A DNA stretch of 47,007 bases, counting the filler, from Jimgerdemannia flammicorona (taxonomy: Eukaryota): NCBI GenBank assembly GCA_003990765.1. It is 2 parts of 2 records of this genome, joined end to end, with 100 filler letters (N's around TTAATTAATTAA, not from the genome) between each part and the next. Parts side by side here need not be neighbours in the genome. Positions count along the whole stretch, not along the records: positions 1 to 23,464 come from RBNJ01001104.1; positions 23,565 to 47,007 come from RBNJ01001105.1. One strand, 5' to 3'. This document shows, piece after piece, positions 21,293 through 32,221 of this stretch. The notes under the pieces are model-generated. The model saw only the letters and a program-made list of their open reading frames with translations. It was not told the DNA's origin and made no database searches. Position numbers and translations under genes: made by a program. Every line of letters starts with the position of its first letter. Position 1 is the stretch's first letter.

Positions 21293-23283
21293 GGTGTACC
21301 CTCAGAACTAACTGTAAATTCTCTAGAAACAAACTCCCAAACTAGAGCCAGATAAGCTATTGCCATTAGGACCAGATAGTACCAGAAAACCACTGACCTA
21401 GAAACCCACTAGCTAGTAATTGACCAGATATATAGAGATCTATATGAGGTCTTTAGAAACTTCCACCTAGATCTTAAATATACAATCAGCTACTGTAGAT
21501 TCTACACACTTCTCCATAACCATCTTGGAACCACTAGGACTCAAGAATCTACTACTGCAGCTATCTAGGAATTTCTATACTATATCTCACCCCCTACAGT
21601 AAGAGAAGTAGCTACTGAGTGAATTGCATATGATAGATACAATCATACTCTTACCAGGACCTCTCTCTACTACAGGCTAGTTGTATACTATACCTCTGCC
21701 ATATCAAGATATAAGGCTGAACAGACTGACTACTCACTCCCTACTACTGATCAAGAAGTAGACTCATCTACTCAACCAGAAGTAATATTCTCTTTGAAGG
21801 ACCTAGTCAGTACAAGGACACACTATCTCATCAGAGAAGGAAGTCAGATGAAGACTCAGAAGTACCAGTCTGACAATAACCAATAAGAAATAGCAGGTCT
21901 AGAAATTTACCAAGAACTTACAGGTCAAGAAGATCAGACCCCAGAACCAATCCAGCCATCTATACAGAGATTTGGTTTACCTACCCTTATAGGACTTTTT
22001 GATCTGATATCTAGGAATCAAGTAATTCCAAGTTATACAGCCCCACAACTTCATCAGACAGAATAATCTTCAGGAGAATCTACCCCCACAGGTCTACTAC
22101 CAATAGTCAATACAATGGTAGATACCAATATTGCAGCCCTGACTACCCAGCTAGCCACATTAGCAGATATAGTAGAATAAATTACCAAATAAAACAAACT
22201 AACTATGACCTTGTGAATCTCTACTTTCAGTAGAAGAAACAGTGACATTGAAATCTTTATCAATGTAGTTGATATAGGATACCAAGCAAATTAATGGAAT
22301 AATAACTGAGTATCTACAGAGATGCTCACCAACAATCAAGACAATAGTCTCTAATAGCTGTTTGCCACATCAGCAGCATAAGTGAAAACAGTAGTAATAT
22401 TCTTTATTAGAACAATAGCTGAGTTCTGGTATACTCTAGAAGAATACCCAGTAACTTGGAAAAACTACCCTCAAGTTAATAAATAGGTAGTTGTCCATAA
22501 TAGACCAGGTTGGGATAACTATATAGTAGGCCTAGAACTCAAGGCCCTGCTACTAACTGAATTCCAAAATACAGCCTACATATAAGAAACTTGGAATAAA
22601 CTGGTCCAGAAAAAGTTCTACAAAAATGACAAGAAGGACCTAGAAACATTTGTCATCAGGATAGATGTCTACCTCAAAACTGTGGAACTTACCTATCTGG
22701 AAAACAATTTGGCCATCAATGGTACTAAAGCTAATCATCTTTTTACAGCTCTATCAGACTGGCTCACTCTCCAAGAATATCCCCACTACTCATGGTGCTT
22801 TGCTTAGGTTCAAAGAAGAGCCTGTGAAATTCTTACTATATAGACTCAATGAAATTCAAAACATAAGAAGAATAACCAAGATAGGAGGAATCTCCCCAGA
22901 AAGAATGATCAGAGAAACCAGTAAAACCCCAGGGAACCAAGACCCCTCAATGAGAATGAAAAGAAGCAGCTTCATGAAAAAGGATTATACTTCATTTGCA
23001 AGAAGACAGGATATATCTCTATCAGATACTCTGAGAAGAGAAACAGATCAGGTGAACCTAATAATCAGAACATCACTGTCATTAGAGAAAGTCCAGAAAA
23101 GCTGAACTCTAAGAATGTTTTCAAAGTATAGAAGATATAGTACAGGGCTACTATCTCCACTAAGACCCATCCTACTGATACAGGATATGACCTCTACAGT
23201 AGCCAAGACTTCACTATTCCACCAAGTACCAATACTACATGTATACTGAAATTGTGATGTAAGCTCCCAAAGAAACATATATC
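21293..23283 (+). mobile_element. Internal region of a hypermutated LTR retrotransposon: gag, zinc knuckle, dUTPase remnant
   Basis: Gag-like ISTFSRRNSDIEIFINVVDIGYQAN*W (~22217-22300) and VKTVVIFFIRTIAEFW. Decayed CCHC knuckle YFICKKTGYISIRY (22988-23029). dUTPase-like TKTHPTDTGYDLYSSQDFTIPP...TEIVM*APKETY (23114-23283). Confidence 0.8.
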
Positions 23284-23464
23284 TGTTGTCACGTAGTGGT
23301 CGCTGAGTCCTTCAAATACACCAGATTCTCTTCAAGGTGTATCTCTTAGACTAACTCAAGTTGTTATAAGCAAGTTCTTATTGGAGTGCCTTCCCAAGGT
23401 CTTATAGTCCTCAAACTTCTTATCTTTAACTGTCTTGTTATCTCTTAGATTGCTTGCAAGGAAG
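23284..23464. mobile_element. Possible nested LTR end interrupting the dUTPase, truncated by the contig end
   Basis: dUTPase similarity stops abruptly at TGTTG (23284), a typical LTR terminus. The new sequence retains some CpGs, suggesting it is younger. Confidence 0.45.
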
Positions 23465-23564
23465 NNNNNNNNNNNNNNNNNNNNNNNNNNNNNNNNNNNN
23501 NNNNNNNNTTAATTAATTAANNNNNNNNNNNNNNNNNNNNNNNNNNNNNNNNNNNNNNNNNNNN
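23465..23564. other. Artificial contig spacer or assembly gap
   Basis: 44 N + TTAATTAATTAA (stops in all six frames) + 44 N = exactly 100 nt. Confidence 0.97.
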
Positions 23565-24552
23565 CCTCCCGTGGCTGCTTCTGGGGCTAATCCCCCCCCA
23601 AATTTCTGACCCCCTCCCCCCTCCCCCCCCCCCGTTGTCGCTTGCTGAAACCACCCACCAACCATGCCTATCAGGACCCTTCTTGATCATCAAGCATCAC
23701 CCATCGCTCTAAACCACAGGCGCCAACATCGTGAACTGGCCTCATCGGCTTCATTTTCGTTTGGTCATGGTCCCAGGCCCCCATTGTATCACGAGATTCG
23801 AACCTATCATCGTGGATGCTTGGCCATCCCAAACTCCAAAATAGGCGTTTCGCTGGGTTCCCGTGGCCTTGTGTTGAATGAAACAAGGCCGTGCGCATCA
23901 CGTCATCACTTTTCGAGATGACCTAAACAACGCCTGCAAATATACCACAACCAATTGGTTAGCTTGTCTTTTGAAGCCTAGTCACGAAGAATTGTACATA
24001 TTGATTCCAAAGGATAAAGCTGAATTTCTCTCGAAGCTGAAATATCATGTATATTGGTTGTATATCTTGGATAATTAATCGTTCCTTACTTAAAATAATA
24101 TATATATGTATAAAAAACACTCAACTGATCATGTTATCACCTCCCAACCGATTACTGTGCAAAGGTCATCACTGTGATTTTGAGAATCTATGACTCATTG
24201 TCGAAACCTTCTGCATCAAGTACTATTTGAAAGGCAATTCCCACATGACAACCTGGACGGTACAACCCAAGTGTAGTAATACATCATGAACTTGTCCTAT
24301 GTATTGCATTAGCATAAACGTGTCAAAATATGGTTCAACGAGTGTATAACTCTCGTATCCAAAACGAAATAATTCGACAAACCTGCGAAAAGAAATCCAT
24401 CGACAGCACATCATTGGATGGTGGTGATATTGCCCTGCGCTTTCCATCAATGCATATACAACCTCACCGTCCCATACCTTCCTGCCAATCTTACGAGCCC
24501 TCCGTTCCGGGCCTCCACTTTACATACGGGTAGAGCCCCTCGGCGAACTCCC

Positions 24553-25826
24553 TCACACCCATCCCCACCAACTCGTCGAAGAGCCGCTGACCGAAATCAT
24601 GTTGCATATGCCGACGCTCCAAGTCTGAGGCCTATGATTGGGATACCCAAGGATATGTGGAAGAGCGGTCTGTGAGTTAAAATAATTTCATAAGTGAAAG
24701 AGATGGACGCATAAAACTTCAAAGGACATACATCGACGCAAGAATCCTCATCATCTTCATCCTCATTTCCTTCCTCCTGCCCCTCGCCGTCTACATCAGC
24801 CAAATTCCCCGGCTCAACTTCATCTTCTCCTTCGCCATCTTCCTTTAAATCTTGCGCCGCATTCCTCGACTCCGCGGCCGCAGACCACCCTGACGGCGCC
24901 GCTGGCAGTGCCCGTTTAAGTTTGAGCAGGCGGTCGATAAACTTGGTGAACTCATACTTCGGGCCCATCCCGCTGTAGAGGACCGCGTCGGAGGCGACGG
25001 TACTGGTCAACGTTCCAGGGTAACGCTCAAGCGTGCGACTGACGGTGGGAGAGCAGGAAGTGCGTGATTGACAATAGTATGAGTAGGAGGAGAAGGCATG
25101 CTCGAGCGACAACGAGCCTCAGGATAAAAAATTAATAATGGCAATCCCTCTTTTTCCATAAATATCATAAACATGTAAATAATCAAAGTGAAGCCTGAGC
25201 AATTTAGAGACAAAAAATCTACTTGATCCTCTGCGCCTCCCGAACCATTGGCTCGATGATGCGCCGGAATCTCCACGCGAGACCCTGAGAGCTCGCAATT
25301 TTCCTCACAGATGGGGCCGACGACGAAGGCGACGGCGACGGCAGTCGAACCGACGACGGCTCGGCAACGACATGCAAGTACGCCCGCACGTGCTCGACGG
25401 GCAGATGCTGGCGATCGCGGACGAGAGTGTCGGGAACGTGGATGATGGCGCCTGTGGTCGGTGTGCGGATACAATAACGGATTGATAAAATAATGATGCA
25501 GTCGTACCGAGGGGACGATACGGGCATTCTCGTCTTAGCCATGGGTTTGTGATATGCACCTGGGTAGGCGTTCCTCCCAAACCACGTTTCGCTTGTTTTG
25601 TCGAGCCTCAAGAGGATCTCCTGGAGCGCAAAGTCGGCGTCGAGAATGTAGGCGTGGGCGATCTGAGGAGGTTAACGACGACCAGCAAGACGGTATGTAA
25701 ATACGTGAGCGAGCACAACCTTGGAAGGCGGAAGTGGGAAGGTATGGGCTGACGTACATGATCTTGAACATGGGATCCTCTGTCTAGATAGTACAAGCCG
25801 TGATAGGGGTGTTCTGAGGCGGACAT
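24553..25826 (-). CDS. Hypothetical protein, ~5 exons, acidic C-terminal tract
   Basis: A spliceable model with GT-AG introns reads MSASEHPYHGLYYLDRGSHVQDH|IAHAYILDADFALQEILLRLDK...YP|GAIIHVPDTLVRD...EAQRI|NRTLERYPGTL...DEDSCVD|TALPHILGYP...WWGWV*. Coding-like GC/codon usage. No family recognised. Confidence 0.6.
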
Positions 25827-26294
25827 GGGGATGTTTTGAGAAAGGTGTGTCGTGTAGGGAATTCTGCCTTTCGGATGTATATGGTTCACGCAATATAAAG
25901 GGTTGACGTCACATCACATCCTCATGCAAGCATGATGCGCTGATGGATCGAATTATTCTCGTCGCAATCTCACAGACCATAGGTACTTGGGTGCACGGCT
26001 GCAATTTGGGAATTGCACATTGTATATACAGATAGCATTTTCTTGTGTGTATATATCCCAGGCATCCGTATCACTTAAATAACTCCAGTTTGTCGTCGTG
26101 CACATCAAAGATTTCACAGCTCTGTTTAGAGATATTTTTCAGAATCCTGTTCAATTCTTTTTCTATCAATTCTATTATTGAATAGTTGAAATCTTATCGG
26201 AGCGCTAAAACATACGAAAAAGAAACAACAACACATCACCTCCAAATTGACATTCATACTCTCACACCAACCAGTACCGTCCATCCTCGACCCC

Positions 26295-27906
26295 TCACCG
26301 CACCAACACCGGGCCAGTCTCCGCCCCACCGTTGACCTCATGATCGAAGTACGACTCCTCCCTCAGGTAACCTCCACTCGCAATCTTAACGCGTAGCCCG
26401 TCGAATGCCGGTCGGACCCACAGCGAGTCCTCCGTGTCTTCGAGTTCACGCAACCGGTTCTCAAGCTTGAAGTGGTCGTTCTCGTGCGACCAGCCGATAA
26501 GATAGGTTCGGCGCGGGTGCAGTCGGCGCGCCTCCTCGACGGCCTGGTTGATGCCAAAGTGGGAGGGGTGCGGAATTTCTGCAACGTATGATGGATTAGA
26601 GGCAATGTGAGGTTACGAAACGCGGGCTGGTTGCGTGTCTCACCTCGCAATGCGTCCAGAATCAAGACTTCCGAACCCCGCATGAGCTCAGCCGTTTCCT
26701 CAGGAATGAAATTCGTGTCAGAGATATAGCTCACGGGTCCGAACTGGAAGCCGAGGCACCAGTATGGGTCGCCGTTATTCTGATAAATACCGTGGTGGAC
26801 TGCCAATCGGGTCGCAGGACATATTCGGATTAGATGCGTGATTCTGCGCGAGACAAGTCCTTTGGATCGATAGCATCAATGCGGGCGTAGCAACAAGATA
26901 CCTGGCAACGGTGTGATTTCTAGGCCTTCGATCATGAAGGGCTTGTCATTTTCAATGACACTAAATTGGAAGGAGGCAACTTCACCGCCACCTGTGATGT
27001 TCCAAGTCGCCAAAAAGGAGCATGATCAATTTGACGATCCCAGTAGGTGAACTGGTTTACCCACGCTCACACCGGCCTCAATCAACCCGCTGCTTCATCC
27101 GTATACCATTTTCCCACTTCTTCCTCTCAACGCACCAGTCGCTTTGGATTTGTCCACCAGATACGGGAACGTTTCCTCGACTGTCCGCATCGTCTCCGCG
27201 TTCAGGTAGATGGGAATATGACTCTGGATAGAGCCCTTGGAAGTCCAAGCGCGCAAATCGTCCAGACCGTGCATTGCGTCCGCGTGGCCGTGGGTAATAA
27301 TTAGCGCGTCGATCTCACGGATGCGGTAGCGGGGGAAAAGGCGTAGGGCAGATTCTTTGAGTGGTTGTGAGGGTGGCAGAGTTAAGCGGGGTGGCAGAGT
27401 TAAACGGGGTGGCGAAGTTAAACAGAGTGGCAGAGTTAAACGGGGTGACAGAGTTAAACGGGGTGGCAGAGTTAAAGGGTGTCATGGAGCAAAGGTGGGA
27501 AAAGTACCGTAGAAGGTTTTCCCCGAGTCAATGAGGATGTTTCTGAGTGTGATAGAAGACATGTTTTCTTCAGTGGAAACGTCACCACGCTCCGCCATGT
27601 CGATTTTCGTCACACCTATTGGTACCGTTCCAACCACACAAGCCGTTTGAGACGACAGACTGACAGTTCTCGGCTCACCCGGGTCAATGTAGGCCACCGC
27701 ACTCACCTCAGCCTTCCCTCGGGGTCATTTTCTTTGCGCACACGGATCAGCAGGCTCGTATTCTTGCGCAGATTCTTCTGGCCGTTCGGGGTCAGCGTGG
27801 ACAAACATACGCTGCAGTTCGGATTGTCTGCAGTGAGGCAGGGGACGGTGGGAATGCAACTAGATGTGCCTGTGCCGATGAAAATGATCTCGTCTATGGC
27901 GGACAT
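26295..27906 (-). CDS. Metallo-beta-lactamase-fold hydrolase (PhnP-like)
   Basis: Spliced translation contains IIFIGTGTSSCIP..CxxC..RKNTSLLI, ILIDSGKTFY, ITHGHADAMHGLDDLR (HxHxDxxxGLDD motif), VHHG, SYISDTN, ILDALR, HPSHF, WSHE and PAFDGL. Confidence 0.9.
27371..27476 (+). repeat. Intronic 18-bp minisatellite, 6 copies
   Basis: gggtggcagagttaaacg repeated with small variants, inside intron 2 of the MBL hydrolase gene. Confidence 0.9.
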
Positions 27907-29673
27907 GGTAGGTTGTCGACGAGGAAAGAAAGAGCAATAGAGTCATGGTGTGGAATTAAAAAGTGTACTCCGCTGAGATGATGTCATTCCGCACGTGGCA
28001 CAATCACTAAATCACCAAAGAAACTTAGAATAGTCCCTTCGTTTATGGAAGCCTCTGTTTTGCGGCGATACCGATAGATTTTTATTGAGCGACTAGACAT
28101 TGGTCACCAGGAGCAATGTCCTCCGGTTGTTCAAGTGCATGCAAAATGGTTATAAAGTGATGCGAACGCAAAATTCCCTGACCGGCTTGGCCGCCTTGTT
28201 CCAAGGATGACCACCACGCTTTCTCGAGCATGTTGACCTCGGAGATAAAGCTCTCGGTGTAATTAGTCACCTCGAAGTCGTCCTCCAGATCGGCGTTGCA
28301 ATAGCTCCATCAGAAGAGTGACGGTTTTGCAGAAGTTACTCTTTCCTCCTGCCAATGAGCAAATGCTAGAACCTATTGGGTTGAAAATCTTCGAGGCTTG
28401 TGCACCGACTGCTGAAATATTCCCATGTGCAAGTGAGCTTATTTTATCGGTTGGCAAGTTTCATCCCAAACAAGACATGATGCCATAATCCCAGGCTGGT
28501 ATGCAGATCAAGCACAACGTCAAGCATGCTATCGTTGACCTTGGCCAGGAAGATAAAACCTCTGATGTCTAGCTTACCCTCTTAATATCTTTGTGATGGT
28601 TTTACGGCGTGTTTTGAGGTGTTCTGGCAGTTACAATACTCATGGTTGGAGACTCCCAGCAGAGACTCCGATGTGTAATTAGTAGGAGTGCCGTTCGCAA
28701 AATGTTTGGTACGGTTCAATCTGCGCGGTGGGTGAAACCAAAATTCTGATCCTCGCGCTGATCGTAAACTGTGCACGCCACCCTCGCCAAGTCACCTGCC
28801 ACCCAGCATTCGGTGTCAGTTGGAAATTGTCGCGAACGGGCACGACACTAGCGTCTCATGGCGTAAACAAAGATGCTATCTATCCGCCTACGAGTTTCTT
28901 GTGTCTCGGTGATTTTTCTTACTGATTCGCCACGATCACGTGGTTTGTCCAAATAAATGGTGGAGAACGAACGTTGTGCATTATCACTGTGACATAAGTA
29001 TGCACTTCGAAGGCTGGTTCACAATGGATGGAGTAAGGGGAAGGTGGGGGCTCGTGTCATTATTATGAAGTATGCAAGCTGCCGGCGACATCTGATATAC
29101 CTCGCATTCCGTTTTACGAACTGGAAATTATATTCGTTGACAAGTGTCCGGAATGATGTGGATTGGTAAATTTTGAATAAACGCGAGATCTGCGAAAAGA
29201 AAAGAAAAAAAGTAAAAGAAAAAAAGTTGCATATTATGAGCAAAAAACACAGAGACCGGAAAAGAATGATGTGTAATACACCGACATGCAACTCTATATT
29301 ATGAAGTTAGGAGACGGGTATTTCTGATTACGACCACACATCGAAAGAATCAGCAAAGTTCTTGAATAAACAGAATAGAGAGAGAGATGCAAACAATCCA
29401 TGATGAATGTTGAAAGCTCACAGAAAACACAGAAATTTTAAATGCAAGGATAGGAGCTGTGGCAAATATGCCATACAATTAGGAATTATGGCGAGAGAGC
29501 GTTTAATATCTGGAGGTGTGAAGAAACGAACCCGCGCCGCATCACGAGAAGGCCGCTCCTCGAAGAAAGAGGGCGGCGCGCACACAACGACATCTAAATA
29601 GTACAATCATTCAATCCGAATATTCTATTTGACAGCTTCGGCTTGGAAACGCGTAAGGATGTTTTGAACAGGA

Positions 29674-30951
29674 TTACTCGTCGTTGGTGCTGGCGTTTGC
29701 GGCGGATTTCATGAGCTTGACGCAATCGGTCACGGCGGCCTAGTAGGGACGATTAAAACAAAATAAGATCGACTAATTCCATGTATCAAAAGAGAGAAAA
29801 AAAAGAGCTTACCTCGCTTACGCTCGTCAGAAGCTCCAGCACTCTCCTGGACTCCCTAGTATCTGCAAAGTTTAGGGATTCCATCGCGCAACACAGCGAC
29901 GCAACGGCGAGGACCGCGGGCGTATGGCGGAGGTAGTCCCAATCTGTCGCGCAACAAGGACGGTAAGAATTATGGATAGGACAAAATGAAGTATCGCGGC
30001 ACGCCAAAAATAAAATAAAATGCAATTCGCCGCTCACCGAGACACGCGACGTCCAGGAAGCGCTGAGCCCTATCGACGAGCGCCTTGTGCACACGCCGGA
30101 CCGACGCAGAACCAGGCAAGGAGTTGAGCAGTTCGTATGTGATGGCGTGCGGGGTCACGACGTGAATCTCCCACTCGAGAGTGAGGAGGACTTCGCGTTC
30201 GAGTTTCTGGATGTTACGGTTTGTGAGGTGAAAAATGACAAACAATGACAAAATATGGTGAGGATTTCGTGGTTCAGTATTGAATATAATGTAAAATATT
30301 GAGATTGAGAGAGAATTGCAGTAAGTACCCTGACTTTTTCCGGCGTGATGGAGTTTTGTGCGCAATCGATCATGTCTCTCACCTAGTAAAATTTGCGAGG
30401 AAAAGGCGCGGGGTTAGCGAAACTTTGTTCTATCCATTGGTACACATAAAGAACTCCACACGGGCACCTCAATTCTCGACACAACTTGCAAAGCTGCTTA
30501 TGCGATGCTTACCTGCGGCTCCCTTGACTCTTCACCAAACTTGGAAGCAATGTAAAAGCACGCGAGGGCAATCTCGGCGACACGCAAGCGCCAGCGCACC
30601 TTGTCGCGCGATAGGAAGCGGTCAAGGTAGTTGATGGCGCGGTAGAGTGTATCAGGATGGTAGGAGAAACCGTGGAGCCTGTTGATCTGTGTTGGGTGAG
30701 AGGTGAGTATTTTATTTATTTTATTTCGAGGCGAGGAGAGGCGAGGAGGGGAAGCGACATCACAAAATCCTGGTACCGCACATTGAGTACCATTGAGTAC
30801 ATTTAAGTACATGTGTACACCAAGTATGCCATGTATACGACTTGGGTTTTATGATGGATGGATAACATTTACGGTTGTCTCCCTCAAAAGGACTACTATT
30901 TTGTCTGCAATATACACATACAAAGCCCATGAGGAGAAAAGATATAGGAAG

Positions 30952-31002
<51 letters not shown>

Positions 31003-31869
31003 TACTTTATACATCCACTGTATCAGCTCCTTCCGGACTCCCATCATCACCTTCCAATTCTGTACTACGATCCCGTACTTCGGATTCGGCATGTGCTTCC
31101 CGTCGGCCCCAATGAGGTTTTGGAGCCTCCGCGTCGGTTCGTACACGAACTGCTGGTGGATGACCTCACTCCTCGGCCCCTCCGGTATGTATCTAACACG
31201 CTTGCTGGTACGCCTCCAGAACTCTGGCGACTTTGGGACGGGCAGGGGGACTGCGGCGGGCATACTGAGCGACTGAAGGTTGCGCGGGTCGATCGTTCGG
31301 GTCGTGGCGTTCCGCTGCTGTTGCGAGGACATGAGGTTCAGTTGACTCAAAGAAAGGATCGGGTTGGCGGGGAGAGATGCCACCTGCTGTACGAAGGGGT
31401 TGACGTACGATCCGTAGGGCATACGAAAGGTCAAAGGGTATGGTTGCCTGGCACCCGACATAACGTTGAAGTTTTGGTCAAAGGGCCGGGGGACCTCCCA
31501 TGCACGGTCTTCGGCGTCCGATGCGGGTTTGCGCTTGCGGGGGAGGCCGCTCGTTGGGTGCGCCAGAGGCGATAGGTTCGCGAACTGGAAAGGTGTTGGT
31601 GTCGGATGATTTGTCGGGAGCTGGTAGGAGAGGTCGTTGAAAGAATTGGAGGTGGCTAGGGATAAGCGACGATCTCCGAAGGGCTGTGGCCGGCGCAACT
31701 GGCAGAGCGGGTCGTTGGCGACGGGACGGTATGCCTGCAGCATCGGGCCGTTGCCTGTCAGGGCTTCGGCCGGTACTCGCCAGTTGCTGGTGTATCTCCA
31801 CTCGGGAGCGTTCGCGTTGTTGTATTGCCGCTCGTACATGGTCAGTGGCGGTTCGATATAGGATCCCAT
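29674..31869 (-). CDS. Cyclin (cyclin N and C boxes, long disordered N-terminus); subfamily not determined
   Basis: Six coding exons: ...VRKELIQWMYK|INRLHGFSYHPDTLYRAINYLDRFLS...LACFYIASKFGEE|...|KLEREVLLTLEWEIHVVTP...|DWDYLRHTPAVLAVASLCCA...|AAVTDCVKLM...NDE*. Start taken at the first in-frame ATG. Confidence 0.9.
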
Positions 31870-32115
31870 TAAATGTTGTCTCTCGTTGACGGCGGCAGGG
31901 TACAAGTGGCGGTTCTGGGGTGGAGTTGGAAGGTCAATGGAAAGGGAGCTCGAGAGGAGGGGTGGAGAGAAGAGCTCGAAGGGAGTTGATATTTGGCTCG
32001 AGCCATTGAAACCTGCTCAGCAGCAATCAAGCCATCGGGTTTCGGTAGACTGCGAATTCATGCGCACCAAAAGATCACCTGCAACCTATGACGCATCACA
32101 CACAGCTTACTCCGG

Positions 32116-32116
<1 letters not shown>

Positions 32117-32150
<34 letters not shown>

Positions 32151-32183
32151 CCCCCCCCCCCTACTCCTCCCTTTTCCTTTTTT

Positions 32184-32217
<34 letters not shown>
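32117..32217 (+). repeat. Poly(T) tracts upstream of the cyclin; another long poly(A) at 30952-31000 in cyclin intron 1
   Basis: Homopolymer runs of roughly 30-50 nt, seen directly. Confidence 0.9.

Positions 32218-32221
<4 letters not shown>

Noticed and set aside
23509..23520. TTAATTAATTAA palindrome as a biological site
   Set aside because: It is centred in a 100-nt N spacer and is an artificial all-frame stop linker.
23284..23700. Functional linkage between the left transposon/pseudogene block and the right gene block
   Set aside because: They are separated by an artificial spacer, so adjacency is not established.
28082..28600. Minus-strand short ORFs as a gene
   Set aside because: No consistent splice model or recognisable motif.
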